A stretch of DNA of 64,000 bases, from assembly GCA_964016885.1 (NCBI GenBank), contig OZ024745.1, forward strand, positions 40,672,001 through 40,736,000, read 5' to 3'. Every line of letters begins with the position of its first letter. Positions within the stretch are counted from its first letter, which is position 1. The translations under genes were made by a program, and so were the position numbers. Shown here piece by piece: positions 51,474-64,000 of the stretch. The DNA is from Eledone cirrhosa. Its lineage: Eukaryota. The notes below the pieces were generated by a model. The model made no database searches. It was not told the DNA's origin and worked only from the letters and a program-made list of their open reading frames with translations.

Positions 51474-51860
51474 TTATTGAGTAAAATGACAGGAGACTGG
51501 ACTGGTGATATTCCTTAAATATTAATTATAAATACTATGCACATTTCAATGACCGGGTGCTGTATGAACCCGGTGACATCATCAGATGTTATGAAAATTA
51601 TCTAATTAAGGAATATAATAATGGTAGACACAATCCAGGCTGGCAACTGCTGGCTCTGGCCGCCTTTAGATCTTAAACATTTTCTCTACTATTCAGCCCC
51701 TTGGATTGTGTCTACCATATTCCTTTATTAGATGATTTTTGTAACAACTGATGATGTCACCGGGTTCATGCCGGACCCGATCATTGAAATGTGAATACTA
51801 TTTACAATAAATCTTTAAGGAATTCCATCAGTTCAGCTTCCTGTCATTTTACTCAATAAT
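51474..51860. mobile_element. Diverged inverted pLTR-like pair with hammerhead motifs
   Basis: 51474-51638 pairs with 51699-51860. CTGATGA-TGTCACCGGG..CCCGATCATT-GAAA lies at 51748-51789, with its mirror on the minus strand. Confidence 0.75.
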
Positions 51861-51875
51861 ATATATATATAGAGA

Positions 51876-52947
51876 GAATAGAATGAAACGAAATTTCATT
51901 TCTCACTCTTAGTACGGCACTTACTTAAGTGTAAGTATGTATACGTACATACATATATGTATACAGACGTACAGTAGTATGTATATATATACATACATGC
52001 ACACATATATATATATGCACGTATCAGTTTACCGAACATTTATTATAATGCTCGGTTTGTTTGTTTGTAAACAAACACACAGCCCGAATTACGCAGTACA
52101 GTGTTTAGGCAACCACGTGACCTTTTTGTTCAACACTGACAGAGGAACGATGAACTAGTTTCAAGCTTATTAGCTATCGTCAGCATCGTATACCTTCCTT
52201 CCAGATGGTTGAACCCCTGAAAGTATATACTTTCCTTATGCATATTAACGGCTGAGCAACCTAATTTGCATATCGAGTGAGTTCAGTCGGCCGGGCACAC
52301 CGAAAACGATAAATGGAATAGAATGAAACGAAATTTCATTTCTCACTCTTAGTGCGGCACTTACTTAAATGTATGTATGTATGTATACGTACATACATAT
52401 ATGCATACAGACGTACAGTAGTATGTATATATATACATACATGCACACATATATATATGCCCGTATCGGTTTACCGAACATTTATTATAATGCTCGGTTT
52501 GTTTGTTTGTAAAGAAACAAACAGCCCGAATTACGCCGTACAGTGTTTAGGCAACCACGTCACCTTTTTGTTCAACACTGACACAGGAACGATGTACTAG
52601 TTTCAAGCTTATTAGCAATCGTCAGCATCGTATACCTTCCTGCCAGATGGTTGAACGTCTGAAAGTATATACTTTCCTTATGCATATTAACGGCTGAGCA
52701 GCCTAATTTGCATATCGAGTGAGTTAATAAGCTTGAAACTAGTACATCGTTCCTGTGTCAGTGTTGAACAAAAAGGTGACGTGGTTGCCTAAACACTGTA
52801 CGGCGTAATTCGGGCTGTTTGTTTGTTTACACACAAACCGAGCATTATAATAGATGTACGGTAAACCGATACGTACATATATATATGTGTGCATGTATGT
52901 ATATATATACATACTACTGTACGTCTGTATACATATATGTATGTACG

Positions 52948-52953
<6 letters not shown>
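51876..52953 (-). mobile_element. Retrozyme-like repeat, locus 3: ~1.9 tandem monomers plus ~230 bp inverted piece
   Basis: 440 bp period (51876 vs 52316). Hammerheads at 52147-52189 and 52589-52631 on the minus strand; orientation switches at ~52725. Confidence 0.88.
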
Positions 52954-53017
<64 letters not shown>

Positions 53018-53144
53018 ATAAGAGATGTCCGACGAACTTTTGATTCCTATGTCGGGCCAGATTGAGCTGATCAATCGCGAATCCCACGTAACACCTCAAT
53101 AAACGTAATGCATATCTAACACTTTGTCCTTTTTATCATTAATA

Positions 53145-53192
<48 letters not shown>

Positions 53193-53246
53193 CCGTATGC
53201 ATTTGACAGCTGAGAGAAAAGAGTACTCAATGGCGAAGTAGAGTGT

Positions 53247-53397
53247 TAATATTTATTTTATTAAGGTTAAATAGGGAGTCTTGGTATTCTGGAGTTTTAC
53301 CTGTCTATCGCAGGGTTTTTAGACAATAACTGACGATCCTGTTATTAACAGGCGAAACTCCAGAGAGACAGAACTTACTATTGAGCCTTAATAAATT
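53247..53397. repeat. Short diverged fold-back with hammerhead-like core
   Basis: CTGACGA-TCCTGTT-ATT-AACAGGC-GAAACTCCAGAG at 53330-53365, mirrored by CTGGAGTTTTACCTGT. Confidence 0.55.
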
Positions 53398-54716
53398 GAA
53401 AAAAAAATATATATATATATATATACATCCTCATCAGATAAAATAAATTGATGCCTGACATACCTCAACTGTGCTGATGGTTCAATTCCAGTTTTGGCAG
53501 TGATTAGTTATGACAAAACTCAATATTTATAGATCATAAGTAGTAACATGACAAACTACATATAATTGAGAGGGTACGGAGGAAAACGTGTATAAAATAA
53601 TACAATAAGTATAAATAAAGACAAGTAAAATATATAAACATATAAGTACATAACTGTTAAAAATTTAAATAATTAAGTATGTAAACATTCGTATTAGAGA
53701 AGAAGCAAATGAGAGAGAGTGAGAACTAAATAGAGGAGAGAAAGAAAAAGTGAGAGAGATGATACTAAAAACAAAGAGAGGGAGATATGTATGGTATAAT
53801 ATATAAGGAAAAGAAGAATAAAGGTATATGATGCGTGACGGTTTGTTTTTCAAATATTAAGTTAAGTAGAAATAATCAATTAAATACCTTGACATTTTTA
53901 GTCTACGATATTTGAAAGAAATTATATTATTATATTATATCAAAATTAAAACAATATAAAGTGAAAAAGATATGACATAATTTCAAGGGTAATCAGGAGT
54001 ATATTTAAATTAATAAATATAATCAATAATTTAGTTAGAAAAATCAAGAATAAAATATTATTAGCTAACAATCGTGCTTATGAATGTAGTACATATGATA
54101 TTATTAAACCTAACTTATTTAGATATTATCATTTGTATAGTTCTTTTATATGAACTATATAATTTAAATCGATAGTTGTCAATTATATATAAGATTAATT
54201 ATTAGTTATAATTACACTTGAGAGTATTATTATTTTGAATTAACTAAATTTTACTGTATTCAATACTATAAATCAAGTTAAGTACAGATTATTAATCAAT
54301 TTAGACAAAATGAAAGTTATATACGATAAATGTAAACAATATCTTCGTACGACGTATTCAAACATTTAAATTAATTAAACGGTTTAAGAGTCTGAAGATG
54401 TTACAGATATTAAATTTATAAAATACATGATTTAAAAAATTCTAAATTAAAACTAAGGGTATTTAAACAATCAAGAGATGAACATACTCTTTAAAAGAGC
54501 AGGTATATATTTCCTAAGGTTAATAGAAACATTATACACAATATTAATAATAGTAATATTAAAAGCATTACAAGAATTATTAATAAGAGTCAATATCTTT
54601 TCTCACTCAGTCAATGTTTTTTCCTAATTTTATATGATGCTTGAAATGTCGATGCAGATTTATGCAGGCAATTTGAGAATAACTCACTTTTCTTGTTATA
54701 TATATATATATATATA

Positions 54717-57163
54717 CTAGCAGAAGTACCCGGCGTTGCCCGGGTGTAAGTCGACCTTTGGTCTGTTAGAATGTGTGAAAGTTACTTCCCGCGCATCACA
54801 GGTTCAAAACTTCGAACTTCAATGAAAAAATAGGTTAGTAGACACAGGTGTGTAATTTATTAATTGTAGTTACACAGTGTATCGTTGAAATTGTTCTCTG
54901 CACGACTGACGGAAGTCAAAATCGCTTGATATTGAATGTTCAGTTAATTTAAAGCAGGGTGAAAATGTCGATTACTTTCAGGGGTTTTTTTTTTTACAAT
55001 TTTTGCGCTCACATGTGCAGAAGAAGAATTAAAAGGGCCTTTATCTTAACCGCGGCATAATGGCGAGTCTTTTGTGACAGTTTTCAAAAATATAGGACGT
55101 TCCTGTAAAAAGTTTTCCCATGTGTAACTTTGCCTTGTTTTTGTGCGCAAAGTCGAGCCCCGCTTCAGTTTTATTGATTTTTTACATCAATGCGTGATCT
55201 CTGAATTAGATTTGAGTAGCTAAAAACCTGTCCCGGTAAATTTGCTATAGGTGAAAAAAAGTTGATCAAAATTGTATCTAGGGTTATTGCCCTTTGCCAC
55301 AGCCTCAAGCCTCGTCTGGCGGGATGTTGGTGATTCCTCCGTCAGCGCTTGTTGGCGACGAAGGCCAACATCAGCAAGCCTTGTCGTACGTGATGTTGGT
55401 GACTCAACCAGCCGGGAAAGACGTCTTTCAGCGAGTCGAGATTCGCGCTCAGCAGGTGTTTCCTAGAGAAAATTAATTAATTCTACTGGTTAGCTAAGCC
55501 AATGGCAGTGTCAATAGTAAATGAGAAAAGTCTAACATGAACAAAAGGGAATCAAGGTAAGACAATAAATTTAATATAACTACGATTAGAATGTTATAGT
55601 TGCTTAAAAGTGGTGACAGTTAGGATAAACGCTGTGCTAACATTAAGGGAGAATATTGCATAAAGGATTAATCAATTGTGAATGAACTCATACCTGAGAA
55701 CGCCTAATTCGTTGTCTCAAAGCAGTAGCTGTACCTTTTTGGGAGGTAAGTCTTGAACGTTTCTGTGTGCGCATAACGACGTGTAACGAAGCTGTTAGGT
55801 TAGAGAGAGGTGATTAAATACAGAGAGAGATGACACCAGATTCGTTAGCATGGTTACTGGTGAATGGGAAGGTTTGGAAATATGATTACAATAACTTACT
55901 GAATTTTCCGGTCTATAAATTGCACTTAAAATAATTAAGTTTAATAAAAAAACAGCTCTGCGCTTTATACTCCGGTGAGCCTTATGTATGAATAATACAA
56001 TGGTAATCAATCACGGCTCTAACAGAATTAATAGATCTAGACTAAAAGTAGAGAAGATAGCATTTTCCTGGTTGGCCTTACACGCCGTTGCGCGGACCTG
56101 ATTTTAAATGATACGCCTTATATCCTGGTGAGCCTTATAGAGCGGAAAATATCTATTGGAAAAAAATACGAATTCATGACCAAGGTGTGACAAAATAGGC
56201 ATCTATACAGCGCCTGAAACAAACTTGTCCCAAACCCTAGGATTTTTCTTGTTAAGTATCCACCCAAAAGGAACCGTTTTTTAGTTACAAAAAATAACCA
56301 AAGTGTATAGTAGCTATATTTCTGACATATCATGCCAAAAAGAACAATATATTCAACAAATGTTCTAAAGTACATTCAATCTCTCTTTTTGACCGATATC
56401 TTAATAAGCAAGTTATCGATTTTTTATTGGCTGTCAGTGTCTATCTGCATGCAGGTGTGCACGTGTGCGCAATTAATTGCAAATACGCTCATAACATTTA
56501 GTCGTAAGCAGAACAAAAAATGCCATTAGAGGTGGGCTAATAATGAAGACACAAACCCTGGTGAACTTACGTTTAAACACCCGAAAAGTTACTCACTTCC
56601 TGTGCAAAAGACTGTATTATAAATTAAGTAATTTTTTACAACTTTGTATGTGTACAATACAACTTGGTCAACGTATTATTTAGTAATTTTTTTTTTTCAA
56701 AAAGCATGATTATTTAAGACTGTTTGAAAATTTACTCACAGCTTTTAGCATCACAAAAGACACCATTAAATTTGGTTCCCCTTCAGATAGGGATAATACT
56801 GTATTTCCACTTGAATAAGGTGGAATATGAAAAGATAGACTCTTTAATGGTCGGTCGTTTACTGAGACAGCTGGGAAGACATGCAGCTGGCCGTCCAATC
56901 AATAACGCACGTCCTTATATGGGCATATGAAATTTATTTTTATTGCGCCAGATGTAAACTAAGAGTTCTTGTGTTCGAATTCACATAAAATTTCATTGGA
57001 ATCGAAAAACATTCTGTCATAGAGCCCGATTATCGATTTTTCGAAAATTTCAAGTAGCCTATTCCACTCTACGCGTTGAGTTTTATATATGTGTGAGGTT
57101 TCATGAAAATTGGATGAACGGTGTAGCATGCAAGTTCGGAACACCAAACAACGGGCATCTTCC

Positions 57164-57170
<7 letters not shown>
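54717..57170 (-). mobile_element. Non-autonomous Helitron
   Basis: Minus-strand 3' end CCCGG-GCAACG-CCGGG hairpin + TACTTCTG + CTAG followed by T. It contains RepHel-like N-terminal STPR exons; the 5' end merges into (TA)n near 57170. Confidence 0.8.
55220..55774 (-). CDS. Predicted two-exon STPR-repeat mini-ORF (exon 1 55774-55694, exon 2 55462-55220; 107 aa), Helitron RepHel N-terminus
   Basis: ATG..CAG|GTATGA intron TTTTCTCTAG|GAA, phase 0. Protein MRTQKRSRLTSQKGTATALRQRIRRSQ|ETPAERESRL..ESPTSRTTRL..ESPTSRQTRL.. Confidence 0.65.
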
Positions 57171-57215
<45 letters not shown>

Positions 57216-57346
57216 GGAAAAAATGAAATTTCCTTTCTCACTCTTAGTACGGCTGATAATTAAATATAAGTATGTATACGTACAAACATATATGTATAGA
57301 GACGTACAGTAGTATGTATATATATATATATATACATACATGCACA

Positions 57347-57387
<41 letters not shown>

Positions 57388-57857
57388 GTATGGGTTTACC
57401 GAACATTTATTATAATATTCGGTTTGTTTGTAAACAAACAGCCAGAATTAAGCCGTACGGTGTACGACAACCATCGTTTCCCTTTTGTTCAACACTGACA
57501 GAGGAACGATGAACTAGTTTCTAGCTTATTAGCTGTCATCAGCAACGTATACCTTCCTGTCAGTCGACTGAACGTTTGAAAGTATATACTTTCCTTAAGC
57601 ATATTAACGGCTGAGCAGCCTAATTTGCATATCGTGTGAGTTAGTCGGCCGGGCGTACCGAAAACGATAAATGGAAAAAAATGAAATTTCATTTCTCACT
57701 CTTAGTACGGCTGATACTTAGATATACTACAAACAAACCGAACATTATAATAAATGTTCGGTAAACCCATACGTACATATATATGTGTGCATGTATGTAT
57801 GTATATACATACTACTGTACGTCTATAAACATATATGTATGTACGTATACATACTTA
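57216..57857 (-). mobile_element. Retrozyme-like repeat, locus 4 (more diverged): ~1.1 monomers plus inverted piece
   Basis: Same monomer; hammerhead at 57506-57548 with a CTGATGA core; inversion at ~57725. Confidence 0.85.
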
Positions 57858-59884
57858 TATATATATATACGTTTCGTGTGTGTGTAAGTGTGTGGCTATA
57901 TGTGTGTGTATGTATGTGTATGTGTGTGTGTGTATGTGTGTGTGTGTTTGTCAATTTTGAAATATGTTGCCACAATTTAGGTGTGAAATTATATTTTGAA
58001 ACAAATGTCATATTGTGTGTGGTTCATGCTGCAAATATATACACGCGCATCTGTTGTGTTTCACTTTGTTTTTATAAATCATGTAAGTAATCAATTCGTT
58101 GGATAAACACCAAAACGGCTATATCCATAATAACTAAATCTCTTTCGTCATATACTTTGTGTCGCTTCCTCCATTCGACATTGCCGACAGCATCAGATAC
58201 TCCATCTTTTGTTTTCTCTCTTTGTCTTTCTGTATGAGGTGCATTCTAACATTTCAATATACTATTTATTGGACACAGATTCAAAGAGAACGTGATCCAG
58301 CAAGGATGCCTCATACAACGATTGGTCCTGGGGGAAATATCCACAAAGTTTGTCTTGAATAACATTATACCGTCATAAAAGAAAATTACATTTTAAATAA
58401 TCCTCTCATTAACAGAAAACTTAATGGTCGATGCTAAATCAATATTAGTTATCAATTCCTTAATGCCGTCTAACCTGGCTGAATTAAAATTTCTTGCATC
58501 TATCTGTATAATGTGCTTTTTGAAAACTTTTAGTGTGTGGTGTCTCACAATTTACTGCTTTGATAATGCCGGTCATAAGCGTGTGTTCAGAAACAATTAT
58601 TAAGCCAACAAGCGTGGAAAAGAACCCAAGCAGGTGGATAACCAAACCTTGCGTTGGAAAACATATTAAATCAGGCGGTTTACGTTTTCATTGCCTTCGT
58701 GTAACAAACTGAGAGAGAGAGAGAGAGTTAGAGAGGGTGGGTGTGTGTGTGTTAGAGAGAGAGAGAGATAAAGAGGGAGGAGGAGGAGAATATTTGTTGG
58801 ATAGACATCTAGAGTGAAATTCCGATGATCATAAAAGACGATTAAAAAGTAATATGAACAAAAGAACAAAATATATCGCACAGTTTAACTATACCTCATT
58901 GTGTACTCTGATGGCCAATGAAAAGTTTTCCAGATTCCTGTCATACTGTTTTACAGTATTTATAATTACATAACAGAATAAACGAAACGAATAAAATTCT
59001 GTTGGTATACAAATGAGAAGACATTTAGTAATTTTTATATAAGTCTGACACGTAAATTTCTATAAAAGTTTTCTTATTTTTCGAGAGAGACCAACCAGTT
59101 TTCCAGGAAATTGAGCCGTTTCCTAATGACATTAATGCAAGGCAATTCCAAATTGTTTAAGCACTTGGGAAGATAATATCTTCCTATAAATCAATCAATA
59201 ACGCAATTACATGTTGCCGAAGACTGTGAACTCTAATTAAAGAAGTGCTAATCGTGTGAACAGGTTTCTAGTTTTATCTTCGGTAGATCTCAAATTTAAA
59301 ACTCAGGTTATGCTAATAAATGTAATCACGCCAAACACTAATTCTTAACATGATCAGTACATATTATGAGCAATGTTCTGTGACTAACTGGCTAATAATA
59401 CTTTCATTTACATGCAATATAACACACCAGGTAAACTGTTGCAGTGCGGAGACATATTCCGCCCCAAGTCACTGCGATGTGGAATTAAGGGATTATTGTT
59501 GACACTATTCTTTTTTAATGAAGGATTTGGGGAGTGCTTTCTACGTCCATATTCAGAGAGTCATTACTTTCCGCGCATGCATATATATTTGTTTTCTGTT
59601 ATGTTACTTTGCAAATGAGCTAACTCATCCCAGTTCGTACTCATTGAAAATGATCGAGGCATTATTTTTTTTTACTTCTAGATATACATTCTTTAGCCCA
59701 TAATTTATGGTGGGGTCATAAGACAACATAGTTTCATTAACTGGTTCTCGGACACTGTGCAAACCTCGTGGAGCCCATTTACTCTTTAGACATGAATAAA
59801 GTTAATTTCATCGAGAGGAGAGAAATAGTTTGAAAAGAGGTGCGAAATAGATAGGGAGGAAGAATTAATCACACTACTTGTCAT

Positions 59885-60835
59885 AAGGGTTTGAATTATG
59901 GTTATGGTTAAACTTAGGGTTAGAGTTAGGATTATGTATACGGGGAAGCGTTAGGGCTAGCCCCAGGGTTAAGGTTAATATGAAGCTTATGATTAGAGTT
60001 AAGTTTAGGATGATAGTAATGGTTACATTTAGGATTCATTGAAATTAGGGTTTGCGGTTAGGGTTAGCGTCAGGCTAAGGTTCACTGTTAGGATTTAGGG
60101 GTATGGAAGTTCGGCAGTTATTTAACGCTTCTATGTAAGGGTTATAGTTAGTGTAAGGGTTAGCGTTAGAGTTAGGAATCGGGTTAGGTTAGATTACGTG
60201 TTCAGATTACAGTTTAGGGGTAAGTTTTGGGATTAGGATTAGTTTTAGGTTTAAATTTAATGTATAGGTTACAGGCAAAGAGCTAGTACTAGAGCTTGGT
60301 TCAGTATCAGCTTTGGTTTAATGCTACATGAGTAGTGTAAAGATTTAATGTTATCTTTAGGTTTGGAATTAGAGATTGAGTATTATGTTTATGGTTAAGG
60401 TTACGATGAGGGTTAGGGTGGGGTTAGAGTTAGAGTTCGGATTAAGCGTAGAATTTAAGGTTATAAATTAGGGTTTTGTGATATGATGAGTGTTAGTTTT
60501 ATGGTTAGGGTTTCATAGTTAGAGTTATTGTTAAATTTAGATTAAAGTTTAGGGATGGTATTAGTGTTAGTGATAGTATAAGTACTAGGGTTAGGCTTAA
60601 ATGGTTAGATTTAGGTTTAGAAGATTGTTTTACCATTTAACGCTATGATTAGGTTTAGGCTAAGGGTGTGTGTGTTAGGGCTAGCGTTAAGTATATTTTG
60701 GGCTAGAGGTTTAGGTTAGGATTAGAAGGTGAGAGTGAGGGTTACATTCAGTGTTAGAATTAGGATCAGTGTTGGGTTAAGTTTAGCGCAACGGTAAATG
60801 TTAGGGTTATAGATTGAGTTAAGATTGGGGTTACT
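59885..60835 (+). repeat. Degenerate TTAGGG-like 6-mer array
   Basis: Recurrent TTAGGG/TTAGGT/TTAGAG/TTAGGA units over ~950 bp, all on one strand. Confidence 0.8.
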
Positions 60836-61592
60836 GTAGAGTTTCAATGTATTATTTCGTTTTAGATACACAATGTTTAAGAATATGATTGAAGCATGAT
60901 GTCTACAATGTCATTAGACACTGGATTGTCATAGTAATATGTAGTGGTAGCGGTTGGAATGCCTATGATTGTGAGTTTGCACATCATAGCAGAGGCCGGG
61001 TTAAATAACAGTAAAACAGATCAGACTAAACAGTACAATTTAAACATAAGTCAAATATAAAAAGAACAAAAAAATGTACTTCAATTTTATGAGTTACCAC
61101 CTGTAGTTGTAAGAAACATCAACAATGATTTACTTTGAACAGATGGACGGATTAATTTAACATCAAAGATAAGATTTTATATTCTTATTCTCGACGCACG
61201 TACTTAATTTGAGCTGTGAGCATCAATGTGATCTATCCTTTATATAAATCAATCATTTGTCATTTTAGAAAATGTAATTTTAGGTTTGTGATTATTAGAG
61301 TGGCTAGTGAACCCGTGCTGCCAATAATAAAGGAAAATATATATATACCGTATATTGCCAATATAAATACAATATGGATAAAATATTGAAAAATAAGTTT
61401 ACTGTTAAATGTAGGTGTTTTCATGCTTCTATGTTTTACATCGGGGTAATTAAGTACCAGATTTATTAGAACATCAGATAGACTGTTTAGTAGTATTCGT
61501 TCCGAATGATTTGCGTTCTTTCGTGTCAACTCGCATTTCATCTTCAAGAGAACGATATATAAGTATTAGTCCAGTACTAAGAGTGATACATC

Positions 61593-61732
<140 letters not shown>

Positions 61733-62199
61733 TTCTCTTTCTCTGTCTCTAGTAAAAATCCTTCAGAATTGGAAAAGGAGAACGATCACTAGATTGCTTA
61801 AAATCATAATAATCAGGCCAACTTTTAGTTTTAAACCAACAATGTCATTTTCTACTGCTTTAAATGTATTCCAAAATGATTTAATAATTTCTTTATTCGA
61901 AACGATACTGGCAATAATATGTATCACTGTCTTTATTAACTACGGTTGCAGTTCTTGACCATATTGTCGGTGTGCTATTTCCAATGTCACTTGGCCATTT
62001 ATTAAATTCTTCTTGCCCTCTGATCTTCAGTTTTTATAACAAGCTGAGAGGTTTTGCATTAGCCAAAGGTTAAGGATGTTTCATGCGATTTTTAATAATT
62101 GCGGCATTAAATTCATTTGATTTAGAAGAATTATACCAAAGGTTAATTACAAAACATCATTTACTTCTCATTTCTGAGAATGACACCTAGATAACAGAG

Positions 62200-63700
62200 A
62201 TCATAGACGTTCTATCAATGAGTAGTAACTCAGCAGTTGTTTGAGATTTCTCAGAGAGAGCTCTCCGATATTTTCGGTACGAATAATGTTTAAGTATTCA
62301 CTATTCGACTAACAATCTATAATTATATAGCAATGCCTCTATTTTTGTAGGGAAAGACTTTTATCATAAGGATGTTGAATTATGCATTATATAGATACGT
62401 TTCACAACCACCCACTCTATCTAGAAGGAAATATGTGTTGTGTTCTGTAAATACTTGCTAATGCATTTCAGTTACGTTTGCCAAATGCCTGTAGATGCTT
62501 TGAAGAATAGCAACCCTTTATTTATATCAATTTCATTATCGATTGAAGGAATTCGTAAAGGATGATCGAGGTCAAAATTTAATCCATCTTATGATAAAGC
62601 CAGTACCACATTTCTCAGAGCATTTTGTGCAACGGTACATCTTTCTAGCTACATCGGACGTTGTCATCCGTCGGTTTTTTTTTGGTTTTTTTTTGTTTTG
62701 TTTTAAACATTAGTTAGAATTCTGTAGGATTGTGATATATATTCAGCGCACAAATAATAGCGTGTAGATGTCTTAGTTCCGATGGCATTTCCACGAATGA
62801 TGCTTGTGTTATTCTTCTCTCTCATCCATCATAATTCCCGAGCATGTTTCTTTGCTCAGCAGCTACTTAATGGGTATTGTACAGTGCACCGTCAAGTGTA
62901 GGTTCATTGAATCTAAATAACAATTACCCGAATTGAAAATGTTCAGTATATTAAGCGTTCACTGAATACAAATCGTATAATATAACCTTGCTGGCCCGGC
63001 TCATGAGAGTTCTACACGCTAGCATTTTCACGAAATTTGTAATGATGAGAAAGATTTGCTGCAGTGATCTGATATAGATGTTTTTCTTTATGGTATGAAT
63101 ATCACAAAGAATGTTTAACTCTCCTTTGTGCTCTATCTCAAGCTTGAATCCCAACCCCATTATGGAAATAGAGATTCTCTTTTCGGATTCCGAAACTCCG
63201 CAGCTATTTAAGCCGCTGTATATAAGCTATATTTCCAACGGTCAGGAAAAATGCTTGTTTTAGACTTCATAATCCCTATAACTAAGACACTCCTTCATGA
63301 CACTTTTCCTTCTAGTATTTCAGCTTCATTCTATTTAAATAGTTAACCACTTTCAGAAGATAAGATACCGTTTATTAGCACCGTTGAAAGCTTAATGCCA
63401 ATACCTTCGGAAAACGAAACGAAAAATAATTGGGTAAACCTACCATATTGACCGTTGATTGGAGGCAAATGAGATCCTGTGGTATATTTCCACATCAATT
63501 CTGAAGCAGTAAAGTCTTCCTCCGTGAGGCTCTGGAATCTCAACCTCCATCGATGCGAATGATAAGATGACTTGTACAAGATGCGAATGATAATATGACT
63601 TGTACAAACGTATGTTTTTGTTACTGCATTTGTCAGTCGCGTGATATAGACGATTAGGGTCTCAAATACAAGCATAATGGAAGTAAAAAGTATCTACTTT
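62200..63700 (-). pseudogene. Probable very old LINE RT relic
   Basis: Only scattered weak RT-like peptides on the minus strand (WKYTTGSHL, RISISIMG) and coding-like composition. Confidence 0.3.
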
Positions 63701-64000
63701 TGTGACACCATTACTTAGCATTTCTGCAGCAAAATATATTGAGTTGCACTTGTCTGTTTATACAATATATTTATTATTGTTTCTTTTATAGTATTAATTT
63801 GTATTTGTAATATATTAATTATAACGTATTTATTAAAATGTATTTTATTCTTTTCTTTTTTCAATTTCTTGTTAAATTTGTCCTGGTGTGCTTTTCCAGT
63901 CTGTTCAACAAACATCTCCTTACATATTATTATCTTTTAAATCTATGTAATATCATTTCCCTTCGACCTGCTCTCTTTGAATTTGTATCTTCTTCAGTTT

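Overview
AT-rich, microsatellite-saturated eukaryotic non-coding DNA. An octopod cephalopod is the most likely source, inferred from about 10 copies of a tRNA-derived SINE carrying the Nin-type core GCCTTTCATCCTTACGGGGTCGATAAAATAAAGTACCAG. No host gene can be called with confidence; there is one weak candidate exon. The window is a collection of mobile elements. It holds a 5'-truncated RTE LINE ending in three C2H2 zinc fingers, two internally deleted (bipartite) RTE derivatives and several old LINE relics. Penelope-like elements (PLEs) include a Neptune-like RT relic, a Naiad-type element that lost the RT catalytic core but kept its GIY-YIG nuclease, and a second Naiad with a 5' inversion. 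DNA elements are a TIR transposon remnant, a MITE and a non-autonomous Helitron that keeps a spliceable STPR-repeat mini-ORF. The most striking signal is RNA-level. A ~440-450 bp tandem repeat family occurs at four loci; each complete monomer carries a minimal hammerhead ribozyme and a perfect octamer motif, which makes it retrozyme-like. About ten further hammerhead-like motifs and many fold-back (inverted) modules sit in or next to (TA)n tracts.
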